Shown here: in pieces, positions 55,797 through 64,000 of the stretch
Numbering within the stretch: the stretch's first letter is position 1
Layout of the letters: every line of letters begins with the position of its first letter
Assembly (NCBI GenBank): GCA_964416435.1
Contig: CAYQEG010000006.1
Span: 19,216 to 83,215 of the forward strand
Direction of reading: 5' to 3'
Length of the DNA: 64,000 nt
From: an uncultured Rickettsiales bacterium
GTDB taxonomy: Bacteria > Myxococcota_A > UBA796 > UBA9615
Translations under genes and position numbers: made by a program
Notes under the pieces: generated by a model
Database searches by the model: none
What the model was told of the DNA's origin: nothing
Seen by the model: only the letters and a program-made list of their open reading frames with translations

Positions 55797-57545
55797 CTAC
55801 TTGATCCGGTAGCCCTCCATCTCGTTGTTGAAGATCCAGGCCACGACGTCACCGATCTTGAGGCCGACCGGCAGGTACGTCTCTCGCGAGACCGCCGCCG
55901 AGCCCTTGCGCGCGAGCTCCTGACGGGCGGTCGACATCTTGCGGAACCGCTGCTGCCAGCGGCTCATGTTGGGTGGGCGGAGGTCGATCCAGCCGCGCTG
56001 GGCCCACTTCTCGAGCGAGGGAGCGTCGACGGAGTGCGCCGTCTTGTCCCGCCCCTTGATCTCCGGGACCTTGATCACCGGCCCCCGCAGGAACCGCTCG
56101 CCGTCGGGCAGGAGCACCGGGATGCCGATGGAGATCGCCTGGCGCCCCACCTCCCGGTCGCCGATGCCCCGAGCGAGCTTGACGCCCATCTCCTCGGGCG
56201 AGATCGGCTCGCCGTCGGCGTCCTCCGCGCAGGCGAGCAGGCGGTCGCCGTAGGCCTCGCGGATGAGGTAGGCCTCGAACAGCAGCTTGCTCAGCTCCGG
56301 GGGGCCCAGCTCGCCCAGCGCGACGCTGGGCTTGCCGTGCCGATCCTTGAGCCGGGTCAGGTCCTTCATCGCCACGCCGCGCAGCTGGCCCGCGCGGTAG
56401 GACGGCGTCATCACCGCGCCGTCCAGCGCCGCGATGACGTCGTTGCCGGTGTTGCCGCCCCACAGCTCCATGACGATCCGCTGGGCGATCTCCTCCGGCG
56501 TGACGAACTCCATCTGCGCCACCGCCGAGATCGCTCCGAACTCGCCGGCGGCGAACAGCCCGTTCTCGCCCGTGTTCACGACGGCCAGCTCCAGCTCCTC
56601 CCCGGTCGCCTGGTAGCCGGCGGGATCCTCGCGGGTCGCCAGCTCGGCGAGGTCGGCGATCGCGACCTCCTCGGGGGCGTACAGCGGCCGGGGCTCCCCG
56701 CCCCGGCCGGTGATCTTGCGGACCTCGACCCCTCGGTAGCCGATCATCGCCGCGGGCTTGATCTCCTTGACGGCCGGCGCGCCGGGGGTGCGCGCGAGCA
56801 GGAACATGAGCCCGGTGTGCGCGAAGGCGACGGCGTTCTTGGCGAGCAGGGTCCGGCTCGGGCGGTCCTCGCTGTGGGTGTAGGGGATGTTGAGCCCCAT
56901 GCCGCCGGTGCCCGTGGTGCCGACCTTGATGTACATCGCGGTCTTCGCCTCGGTCGTGGCCCGGCTCAGGATGCGCACGTGGCGGATGATCTGGGGGACC
57001 GCCTGGGCGAGCAGCCCCTTCTCCAGGTCCGAGTCGAACTCCGGCACCAGCGCGCCGCCGGCGGCCAGGGACTCGTCCAGGTCGGCCCGCAGGTCCGCGG
57101 TGCTCTCGAACGTGTCCTGGTAGCTGATCCCCGTGGCGGTGTTGACGCAGTCGATGATCGCGTGGGGCTGGTGCTTCGCGATCAGCTGGGCCATGTGGTT
57201 GGAGGCGTACGCCGGCTCGAACGGCCCGAACGTGAAGTCGAGCATCTGCCGGCGGCGCTCGGGGTCGCCCAGGAGCTCGCCGCGGGACAGGAACGCGAAC
57301 TCGGCGGGCACGAACAGGTTGCCCGCCTCCGCCACCCAGGTGACCTCCGGGAACTCCGCCTTCAGCTCCGCGACCGCGGCTTCGGCCTCGTGCATGTGCA
57401 GAGAGGCGACGACGATCTTGTCGGGCTGGAGGTACCGCGCGATGCGCCGGCACGTCGCGATCCCGACGAGCCCGGCGCCGCCGAAGAGCATGAAGCTGGT
57501 GAAGACTCGGTGCACGACCGCCTCCGGGGACGAGGGGAGCGCCAT
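55797..57545 (-). CDS. large NAD(P)-binding Rossmann-fold protein of unknown function
   Basis: The N-terminus MALPSSPEAVVHRVFTSFMLFGGAGLVGIATCRRIA... has a beta-strand followed by a GGAGxxG-type loop. I recognise no specific family. An internal ATG at 57545 is preferred; the track ORF extends to 57614, which would overlap the divergent mlaE. Confidence 0.6.
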   Translation of the reverse strand: MALPSSPEAVVHRVFTSFMLFGGAGLVGIATCRRIARYLQPDKIVVASLHMHEAEAAVAELKAEFPEVTWVAEAGNLFVPAEFAFLSRGELLGDPERRRQMLDFTFGPFEPAYASNHMAQLIAKHQPHAIIDCVNTATGISYQDTFESTADLRADLDESLAAGGALVPEFDSDLEKGLLAQAVPQIIRHVRILSRATTEAKTAMYIKVGTTGTGGMGLNIPYTHSEDRPSRTLLAKNAVAFAHTGLMFLLARTPGAPAVKEIKPAAMIGYRGVEVRKITGRGGEPRPLYAPEEVAIADLAELATREDPAGYQATGEELELAVVNTGENGLFAAGEFGAISAVAQMEFVTPEEIAQRIVMELWGGNTGNDVIAALDGAVMTPSYRAGQLRGVAMKDLTRLKDRHGKPSVALGELGPPELSKLLFEAYLIREAYGDRLLACAEDADGEPISPEEMGVKLARGIGDREVGRQAISIGIPVLLPDGERFLRGPVIKVPEIKGRDKTAHSVDAPSLEKWAQRGWIDLRPPNMSRWQQRFRKMSTARQELARKGSAAVSRETYLPVGLKIGDVVAWIFNNEMEGYRIK

Positions 57546-57589
57546 ATACCCCGCCGCCCGATCCGCCGCAATCGCTTCGGTTACCCTTC

Positions 57590-58348
57590 GTGGCCGTGTC
57601 GGGTGTGCTTCCATCGCTGGGGCGGTACGGACTCTTCTGGGGTTCGATCCTCAGGAGCGTCGCCGGCGGTCGCGCCGCGCTCGCCGAGGTGCCGCAGCAC
57701 GCCTCCCGCGTCGCGTGGCGCTGCGTCATCCCGGTCACCCTGACCGCCCTCCCCTTCGGCGCCGTCATCGGGTTCCAGGGCATGGCCATCCTGGACCTCT
57801 TCACCGCTCACCGGCTGCTCAGCAGCCTCCTGTCGGTCTTCGTCATCCGCGAGCTCGCCCCGGTGATCGCGGCGGTGCTGATCGCGGCGCAGGCCGGCTC
57901 GTCGTACGCGGCCGAGCTGGGGGCGATGCGGATCAAGGAGGAGATCGACGCGACGGAGGTGATGGCCGTCGACCCGATCGGTTGGCACGTCGCGCCGCGC
58001 GTCATCGCGATGGGGCTGGTGGTGCCGGCCCTCACGATCCTCGCCGGGTGGTGCGGGATCTTCGGCGGCTGGCTCGTCGCGGTCGGCCTCGAGGGGCAGG
58101 CCCACGGGGTGTTCATGGCCCACCTGGCCGCCGACCTGACGACCTTCGACCTCTTCGCCGCGGCGCTCAAGGGGCTGGTCTACGGCCTGCTCGTCGGGTC
58201 GATCGCCTGCTGGAAGGGATACAACGCCACCGGCGGAGCCGAGGGGGTCGGCCGCGCCGTCAACGACACAGTCGTGCTCTCGGTGATGTTCATCCTGGTG
58301 GCCAACTACCTGCTCAGCTCGCTGCTGTTCTCGGGAGCGATCGCATGA
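57590..58348 (+). CDS. mlaE: MlaE/YrbE-family ABC transporter permease (first of two)
   Basis: LGRYGLFWGSILRSV...VTLTALPFGAVIGFQGMAILDLF... The GTG start is uncertain. Confidence 0.8.
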   Translation: MAVSGVLPSLGRYGLFWGSILRSVAGGRAALAEVPQHASRVAWRCVIPVTLTALPFGAVIGFQGMAILDLFTAHRLLSSLLSVFVIRELAPVIAAVLIAAQAGSSYAAELGAMRIKEEIDATEVMAVDPIGWHVAPRVIAMGLVVPALTILAGWCGIFGGWLVAVGLEGQAHGVFMAHLAADLTTFDLFAAALKGLVYGLLVGSIACWKGYNATGGAEGVGRAVNDTVVLSVMFILVANYLLSSLLFSGAIA

Positions 58349-59097
58349 TCGGGGGCGTCACCTCGGCGGTGCGCTCGGTGGGCCGCTACGGCCTCTTCTG
58401 CTGGGACTGCGCCGTCAGCACGGCCCGCCACGGGGTGCGCTGGCGCCGGGTCATCGCCGAGGCGAGCCGCCTCGGGTTCGGCGCCTTCGGCGTGCTCGCG
58501 ACGATGGCGATCTTCGTCGGCACCAACCTCGCCATCCAGGGCCACGCCGCCTTCACCGCCCTGGGCGCCCAGAGCCTCGTCGGCATGTTCGTCGCGCTCG
58601 CGGGCGTGCGCGAGGTCTGCCCCCTCCTCGCGGGCACGATGGTCGCCGCCAAGGCCGGCACCGAGATGACGGCCCAGCTCGCGGTGATGCGCACCAAGGA
58701 GCAGATCGACGCCCTGGAGGTGATGGCCGTCGACCCGCGCGTGGAGCTGGTGGTGCCCCCGCTGCTGGCCATCGCCATCGCGTTGCCCGCGCTGACGATC
58801 GTGAGCATCGCGATCGCCTTGATCAGCGCCGTGCTGGTGGCTGTCTTCCAGCTCGGCCTGGACTACGGCCAGTTCGTGGACTGGCTCACGTCCAACGTCA
58901 CCACATTCGACCTGCTCGCGGCCACCGCCAAGGCGGGTTGCTTCGCGATCGTCATCGCGACCGTCTCGGGCTGGTTCGGGTTCTACAGCGAGCGCGGCCC
59001 CGAGGGCGTCGGCAACGCCACCAATCGGGCCGTCGTCGTGATGTGCATCATCTGCATCTCCATCAACTTCTTCCTGACGACGGTGCTCTATGGATGA
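58345..59097 (+). CDS. mlaE: MlaE/YrbE-family ABC transporter permease (second paralog)
   Basis: MIGGVTSAVRSVGRYGLFCWDCAVS...LEVMAVDPRVELVVPPLLA. The ATG overlaps the upstream stop (ATGA). Confidence 0.85.
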   Translation: MIGGVTSAVRSVGRYGLFCWDCAVSTARHGVRWRRVIAEASRLGFGAFGVLATMAIFVGTNLAIQGHAAFTALGAQSLVGMFVALAGVREVCPLLAGTMVAAKAGTEMTAQLAVMRTKEQIDALEVMAVDPRVELVVPPLLAIAIALPALTIVSIAIALISAVLVAVFQLGLDYGQFVDWLTSNVTTFDLLAATAKAGCFAIVIATVSGWFGFYSERGPEGVGNATNRAVVVMCIICISINFFLTTVLYG

Positions 59098-59863
59098 GCT
59101 CGCCGTCCGCTTCGAGCACGTGCACAAGTCCTTCGGGGACAAGGTCGTCCTCGAGGACATCTCTCTCGACATCCCGCGGGGTCAGACGACGGTGATCATC
59201 GGGCCGTCGGGCACCGGCAAGTCGGTCTTCGTCAAGCTGCTGGTGGGGCTGATGGAGCCCGACTCCGGCTCGATCCTCGTGGACGGGGTCGAGGTGACGA
59301 CGGCGAGCGAGCGGGAGCTGCTCGACGTGCGCAAGCGCATCGGCATGCTCTTCCAGGACGGCGCGCTGTTCGACTCGATGACGGTCGGCGAGAACATCGC
59401 CTTCCCGCTCCGGCGGCACACGAAGAAGAGCCGCGCCGAGATCGCCGAAGCGGTGGCGCTCCGGCTGGGCCAGGTCGGCCTCGAGGGCACGGAAGACCTG
59501 ATGCCGTCGGAGCTCTCCGGCGGCATGCGAAAGCGCGTCAGCCTCGCCCGAGCCATCGTGATGGAGCCCGACATCGTCCTGTTCGACGAGCCGAACTCCG
59601 GGCTGGACCCGATCACGAGCGACGAGATCGACGCGCTGATCGGCCGCATGAAGTCCGAGCTCGGCATCACCTTCGTGGTCATCTCCCACGACATCGTCGG
59701 GACGTTCGCCGTTGCTGACCGGATCGCGATGCTCTACAACGGCTCGCTCGTCGCTCATGGGACCCCGGACGAGGTGCTGCACAGCCGCAGCGACATCGTG
59801 CGCCGGTTCCTGAAGCGGAACGTCGACCTGCCGCCGCTGGACGCGGCGCCGGAGGCCCCCTGA
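59090..59863 (+). CDS. mlaF: MlaF-type ABC transporter ATP-binding protein
   Basis: Walker A GPSGTGKS, signature LSGGMRKRVSLARA, and Walker B IVLFDEP. Confidence 0.9.
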   Translation: MDELAVRFEHVHKSFGDKVVLEDISLDIPRGQTTVIIGPSGTGKSVFVKLLVGLMEPDSGSILVDGVEVTTASERELLDVRKRIGMLFQDGALFDSMTVGENIAFPLRRHTKKSRAEIAEAVALRLGQVGLEGTEDLMPSELSGGMRKRVSLARAIVMEPDIVLFDEPNSGLDPITSDEIDALIGRMKSELGITFVVISHDIVGTFAVADRIAMLYNGSLVAHGTPDEVLHSRSDIVRRFLKRNVDLPPLDAAPEAP

Positions 59864-60819
59864 TGGCACGCCGCAGGACCCCCCGCCACGAACTTCGCGT
59901 AGGCCTGCTGCTCGTCGTAGCGATCGCGGTGTTCGCCTGGATGAGCGTCCAGATCGGCTCGCTGTCCGGCGTCGGCAACACCATCCTCGTGACCGTCACC
60001 TTCGAGGACGCCGCCGGGCTCGTGCCCGACGCCGCGGTCAAGGTGGCCGGCGTCCAGGTGGGCAGCGTGCGCGACCTCCAGGTCGACTTCGACCAGGCCG
60101 TGGCCACGCTGTCGCTCCGCAAGGGGGCCGAGATCCGAAGCGACGTGCGCGCGCAGGTGCGCGCCCGCAGCCTGCTGGGTGAGAAGTACGTCGCCTTGAC
60201 CCCCCGCAGCCCGAACGCGCCGCTGCTCCAGGACGGAGGCGTGATCGAGCTCGTCGCGCCGACGATCGAGATCGACGACCTGATCGCTGCCCTGGGGCCG
60301 GTCCTGTCGACGGTCGACCCCGACGACGTCGCCACCATCGTGCACAACGCGGCCGAGCTCAGCGCGCAGGTGGGGGCCGATGGACCGGACATGATGGTCA
60401 AGCTCGACGAGCTGCTCGACAAGCTCAACGAGATGGCCTCCATCGCCCCCGCGGTGAAGGAGGACGTGCCGGCCCTGCTGAGCGACCTGCGGCGCACGAC
60501 CGGGGACCTGGAGCGGACCGTGGAGCGGGCCGACGCGCTGCTGCAGCGAGCCGACGAGGTCCTCGACTCCGTCGACGCCGCGGCCAAGGAGGCGCCCGCC
60601 GCGGTGGCCGACGCGCGGCGGATCATGGCGGAGGTGGAGCCCGGCCTGGACGATCTCCGGGCCGCCCTGGAGCAGTCCGACGAGGCGGTCGCGGATCTGC
60701 GCAGGGTCCTCGACAACTTCGGGGAGTTCGACGAGGAGGCGATCCGCCGCCTCCTGCGGGAGGACGGGGTCCTCGTGAGGCTCAAGCCCGAACGCAAGAA
60801 GAAGGGCGCAAGCCCCTAG
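59863..60819 (+). CDS. mlaD: MlaD/MCE-domain substrate-binding protein with C-terminal coiled-coil extension
   Basis: An N-terminal TM, an MCE domain (VTFEDAAGLVPDAAVKVAGVQVGSVRDLQVD), and a long helical tail. Confidence 0.85.
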   Translation: MARRRTPRHELRVGLLLVVAIAVFAWMSVQIGSLSGVGNTILVTVTFEDAAGLVPDAAVKVAGVQVGSVRDLQVDFDQAVATLSLRKGAEIRSDVRAQVRARSLLGEKYVALTPRSPNAPLLQDGGVIELVAPTIEIDDLIAALGPVLSTVDPDDVATIVHNAAELSAQVGADGPDMMVKLDELLDKLNEMASIAPAVKEDVPALLSDLRRTTGDLERTVERADALLQRADEVLDSVDAAAKEAPAAVADARRIMAEVEPGLDDLRAALEQSDEAVADLRRVLDNFGEFDEEAIRRLLREDGVLVRLKPERKKKGASP

Positions 60820-61220
60820 AGAACAACCAGAACATCAACGACCGGTCAGCAGAATCGCCGACCGGCCGTCGAAGATGTCCACCCGGGGACCGCACTGCGG
60901 AGGGACCCGGAATCTCTACAACCCGGCTCCCCGGGTGGACGTTCTGTCGTCCTGTATCGCCACCGCCCGTTTCGGTTACAGGGGCGGTACGAGCGGGACG
61001 CTCCGTCGGACCAGTCGCTTCCGGCCCGTAACTCTCATCTCCACGGTGGACCCCACCGGCGCAAGCGACCATTTGCCTTTGCAAGCGATCGTTGTGAAGC
61101 GGGACTGCACAATGGGCCGATTCGACGTGCATCGACGGTGCCGCGGGCCTGGCTCGACCAGCGGCCGCCAGGATCCGGTCGCACGATGCCCGGCGGGCGG
61201 GGGCGTGCCCGGAGGGTGGG

Positions 61221-61643
61221 TCAGGCGCCGTCGGGCTGCTCTTCGTCGGCGGGCGCCTCGGGCTCTTCGTCGGACTCGTCGGGCGGCTCTTCGTCCGGCT
61301 CGACGGGCTCCTCGTCCCCCTCGTCGGAGGTCTTCCGGGGGTTCACCTTGAGGGAGATCTGCAGCTCGTGGGAGGTCAGGAAGTCCTCGATCTCCTCGCC
61401 CACCCGGAGCTTCTCCAGGTAGCCGCGGACCTCGTTGGCGACCAGCGTGACGAGCTCCTCCTTGCCGCGGGCGGACAGCTTGGCGGCCCCGGAGATCAGC
61501 TCGCTCGCCTTGGGGAAGTCCTCGCCTCGCTTCTGGATCTTCTCGGCGCTGCTCGTGACGGCGTCCGCGCCGGCTCGGATCAGGCGCCCCGCCAGGTCGC
61601 CGAGCGCGCGATCCCGCTCCTTGCGTCGACTGTCGTCGCTCAT
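61221..61643 (-). CDS. hypothetical small acidic protein (helical, poly-Asp/Glu/Pro C-terminal tail)
   Basis: It starts at the internal Met MSDDSRRKERDRALGDLAGRLIRAG.... There is an ATGA overlap with the upstream YkgJ-like gene. The track's 107 upstream codons are rejected. Confidence 0.6.
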   Translation of the reverse strand: MSDDSRRKERDRALGDLAGRLIRAGADAVTSSAEKIQKRGEDFPKASELISGAAKLSARGKEELVTLVANEVRGYLEKLRVGEEIEDFLTSHELQISLKVNPRKTSDEGDEEPVEPDEEPPDESDEEPEAPADEEQPDGA

Positions 61644-62026
61644 GTCACTCTCCGACGCCGGCTGCCCCGGCGCTTCTTCTTGCGGCGTCGCTTGGACCGG
61701 GGGTCCTCGCCGCCGTGGTCTTCTTCGATGATCCGGCCGAGCTCCTCGACGTAGGTGCACTCCGGGGGCATCGCCCCGCTCAGGACCACCGACGGCGTGA
61801 CCCGCACGCACTCGGACTGGGCCTGGAAGCGGTTGCCGTAGACCTTGCACGATCGGTCGAAGTCGTCGAGGTACCGGCAGGGGATCGAGGTCCGCTTCCA
61901 GCCGCTGTCCGACCAGTGGCTCTCGAAGCAACACATGCCGCACCGATTGCACATCGCCTCCCACTCGGAGTCGCTGTACAGGCGCCCGAGGAGCTCGTGC
62001 ACGATGGCCAGGGCGGGACTGCTCAT
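61640..62026 (-). CDS. YkgJ-family (CxxCxxCC putative Fe-S/zinc cluster) protein
   Basis: MSSPALAIVHELLGRLYSDSEWEAMCNRCGMCCFESH...IPCRYLDDFDRSCKVYGNRFQAQSECVRV is typical of UPF0153/YkgJ. The C-terminal tail is basic. Confidence 0.7.
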   Translation of the reverse strand: MSSPALAIVHELLGRLYSDSEWEAMCNRCGMCCFESHWSDSGWKRTSIPCRYLDDFDRSCKVYGNRFQAQSECVRVTPSVVLSGAMPPECTYVEELGRIIEEDHGGEDPRSKRRRKKKRRGSRRRRVT

Positions 62027-62062
62027 CTGGCAGGAGGATAACTGTTCTGCTAGTAGCGGCGC

Positions 62063-62860
62063 GTGCGCTACTACAAGAGGGGCGACGAGGGCCGACTCGA
62101 TCTCCAGGATCCGCGGACGATCGACCGCTACCTGTGGATGATCAAGCTCGTCGAGCGGTACTTCCGCTACCGGATCAGCGGCCTGGAGCACATCCCGGCG
62201 TCGGGTCCGGCGCTGCTCGTGCTGAACCACGGCCCGGTGCCGCTCGACGCCCCCCTCCTCGGCGCGGCCATCTACGAGCGCTTCGGCCGGCTCCCCCGCG
62301 CCTTGACCGACCACCTGGTGTTCAAGACCCCGGGCATGCGCGAGGTGTTCATGGCGGTCGGCGCGGTCGACGGCCGGCACGACACGGCCGAGACCCTGCT
62401 CGAGGCCGGCAACCTCGTCATCGTCATGCCCGGCGGCGCGCCCGAGGCGTTCAAGCCGTCCTCCCGCGCATACGAACTGTACTGGCGGCAGCGCCTGGGG
62501 TTCGCGCGGCTCGCGATCCGGCAGCAGGTCCCCGTGATCCCGGCCGCCTGCGTCGGCATCGACGAGCTGTACACGGTGCCGTGGGACATGTTCGAGGCCG
62601 GGCGCAAGCTGCTGGGCGTGCGCTCCCTGCCGCTCGGCGTGCTCTGGGGCCGGGGCCCCGGCATCCCCCGCCGGGTGCCGCTGACCCACTGGATCGGCGA
62701 GCCGATGCTGCCGCCCGCGCCCGCCGAGGCGGCTGACGACCTCGATGTCGTGACCGCCTTCCGGGACGCCGTGACCGAGCGCATGGAGTCGCTGCTCGGC
62801 CAAGGGCTGTACGCCCGCCGAACCGGCGCCGACCACCGCCGCGGAGACCGCCCGACGTGA
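62063..62860 (+). CDS. lysophospholipid/1-acyl-glycerol-3-phosphate acyltransferase-family protein
   Basis: Acyltransferase motif I-like LVLNHGPVPLDAP, plus VIVMPGGAPE and VPVIPAAC blocks. The GTG start is uncertain; an internal ATG (MIKLVERYF) is an alternative. Confidence 0.7.
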   Translation: MRYYKRGDEGRLDLQDPRTIDRYLWMIKLVERYFRYRISGLEHIPASGPALLVLNHGPVPLDAPLLGAAIYERFGRLPRALTDHLVFKTPGMREVFMAVGAVDGRHDTAETLLEAGNLVIVMPGGAPEAFKPSSRAYELYWRQRLGFARLAIRQQVPVIPAACVGIDELYTVPWDMFEAGRKLLGVRSLPLGVLWGRGPGIPRRVPLTHWIGEPMLPPAPAEAADDLDVVTAFRDAVTERMESLLGQGLYARRTGADHRRGDRPT

Positions 62861-64000
62861 CCGACGCTGCGCCCCCCTCCCCCGCCCCCACCCCGGCTCG
62901 GGCGCGACCGTCCCCCGGTCCGGTCGCGTTCGTGTTCGTGTGCGGCCTGCTCCCAGCGGTGCTGCTCGGCGCGGGCTACGTCTCGTCGCTCGTGTGGGCG
63001 GCCGTCGTCTCCGCCGCGGTCCAGCAGGTCGCCGACCGGGGGATCGGCCGGGCGCTCGGCGCCGGCCTGCTCGCCCTCGGGGGCAGCCTGGCGCTGATGT
63101 TCTGGACGGCGTGGGGGCTGCGCCCGCTGGCGCTGCTGCTGTTCCTGCCGGGGTTCGTCGGGTGGGGGCTCGCGGCGCTCCTGGGGGAGCGGTTCGTCTC
63201 GGCGATCCGCCGCCTGCCGCTGCTGTTCGCGCTGCTGTACGCCCTGGCCGTCAGCGTCCCCTACCAGGCGGGGGTCTGGTTCGGTCCGTTCCCGCCGATC
63301 CACGACGACTGGATCTACGCGGTGCGGGCGAACCCGACCCCCGAGCCGCTCACCGAGGAGGAGCGCAGCGCGGCCATCGGGGTGGTCCGGGCGACGCTCC
63401 GGGGCAGCCCCGTGGATCCCGCCGAGCTGCCCGAGCGCCTTCGGGCCGACCATCGCTACCGGGTCTGGGTCAGCCTCTTCCGCCAGGCCCGCCGCCACCG
63501 CATGGCGCGGGGCATGGCGACGGGTCCCCGGCCCCTGTACGAGGGCCTGATCCAGGCGACGGAGCAGGCCATCGCGGAGGCCCCCGGGCGCCGGCGGTGG
63601 GAGCGGCGGGACCCCCTCGGAATCATCATCGACCTCGGCGGGCCGGAGCAGCGGCTGAAGCCCAACGCGCTGCAGCGGGCCCTCGGCTGGGGGATCCGGG
63701 TCGCCTCGCGCAGCAAGCGCTTCAAGTTCTCCCTCCTCGTCTACGACGCCGAGCCCGGGGTGGATGGGTTCATCGTGCAGGGCGAGGACGGCGATGAGGG
63801 GGTCGTGCTGCCCGCCGACCACCTGCTCCAGGGCTGGTTGACCCCCCGCAGCCGGCGCAAGCGCTACCGCCAGCACAACCTCGAGGCGCTGCACAAGCGG
63901 CTCGTGACCCGGGTGGGGCTGCCCAAGGACACGCCGGTCGGGTCGGTCCCGCTGCTCAACTTCCGCACCTACAGCTTCGGCGCCCCCGACCCGAAGGACG
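62857..64000 (+). CDS. hypothetical membrane protein (3' end beyond window)
   Basis: The open frame runs from GTG 62857, overlapping the upstream stop (GTGA), to the window end with no stop. It shows 3-4 predicted TM helices (VAFVFVCGLLPAVLLGAGYV..., LALLLFLPGFVGWGLAALL...) and then a soluble domain. G/C third-position bias is strong. It is absent from the ORF track because it is unterminated. Confidence 0.6.
   Translation, partial: MTDAAPPSPAPTPARARPSPGPVAFVFVCGLLPAVLLGAGYVSSLVWAAVVSAAVQQVADRGIGRALGAGLLALGGSLALMFWTAWGLRPLALLLFLPGFVGWGLAALLGERFVSAIRRLPLLFALLYALAVSVPYQAGVWFGPFPPIHDDWIYAVRANPTPEPLTEEERSAAIGVVRATLRGSPVDPAELPERLRADHRYRVWVSLFRQARRHRMARGMATGPRPLYEGLIQATEQAIAEAPGRRRWERRDPLGIIIDLGGPEQRLKPNALQRALGWGIRVASRSKRFKFSLLVYDAEPGVDGFIVQGEDGDEGVVLPADHLLQGWLTPRSRRKRYRQHNLEALHKRLVTRVGLPKDTPVGSVPLLNFRTYSFGAPDPKD

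Noticed and set aside
60875-61351. 158-aa ORF in the low-GC intergenic island
   Set aside because: It has an Arg-rich tail and no codon bias, and it reads through the convergent gene's 3' end. It is more likely non-coding.
62272-63894. 540-aa minus ORF and 62940..63797 plus ORF
   Set aside because: They are Arg/Gly/Pro-rich. The real coding frame here is the unterminated plus-strand membrane protein from 62857, which has G/C-biased third positions and TM helices.

Overview
This is a high-GC (roughly 70% by eye) bacterial chromosomal segment, densely packed with about 55 protein-coding genes, mostly on the minus strand. I found no rRNA, tRNA, CRISPR array or mobile element. Gene content (Hsp70-PilZ fusion, FrzS-like pseudo-receiver, secreted CAP-domain protein, plant-type gshA) suggests a Myxococcota/Deltaproteobacteria-like genome, but that is inference only.

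Most of the window is conserved housekeeping arranged in recognisable operons:
- prfB (with the classic programmed +1 frameshift), ybeY, a 7TM-HD (PgpH-like) hydrolase and phoH.
- queA, tgt, yajC, secD, secF and recJ.
- purB, purC, purS, purQ, purL and purF.
- nadC, birA, coaX and an EF-G paralog; also nadE, coaBC, tsaC, rlmB, gshA, ald and a Leu/Val dehydrogenase.
- A Mla/Mce-type ABC system with two tandem permeases.

Items that look non-routine:
- A DnaK-type Hsp70 lacking the helical lid, fused to a Gly-Lys repeat, an acidic Pro/Ala-rich linker and a C-terminal PilZ domain (putative c-di-GMP-responsive chaperone).
- A three-gene minus-strand unit: a 580-aa NAD(P)-binding protein, a small secreted SH3b-like protein, and an FAD oxidoreductase with an intact GGGLAG Rossmann motif but no in-frame ATG/GTG/TTG start.
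- A pseudo-receiver protein (phospho-acceptor Asp replaced by Ala) with an acidic, coiled-coil-like tail.
- A secreted protein with tandem CAP/SCP domains.
- A neutral-ceramidase-like lipoprotein carrying the GDVSP signature.
- A secreted pentaheme c-type cytochrome next to an Atl/MGMT-like protein.
- A csrA homolog as the last gene of a UDG–NfeD–stomatin operon, its stop codon 1 bp from the convergent nadE stop.
- A long poly-G/poly-C slippery tract inside the Pro-rich N-terminus of a family-4 uracil-DNA glycosylase.
- A 400-bp lower-GC convergent intergenic island (60820-61220) that may hold an sRNA.

Many very long ORFs in the supplied track are GC-driven antisense or alternative-frame artefacts; I rejected them.
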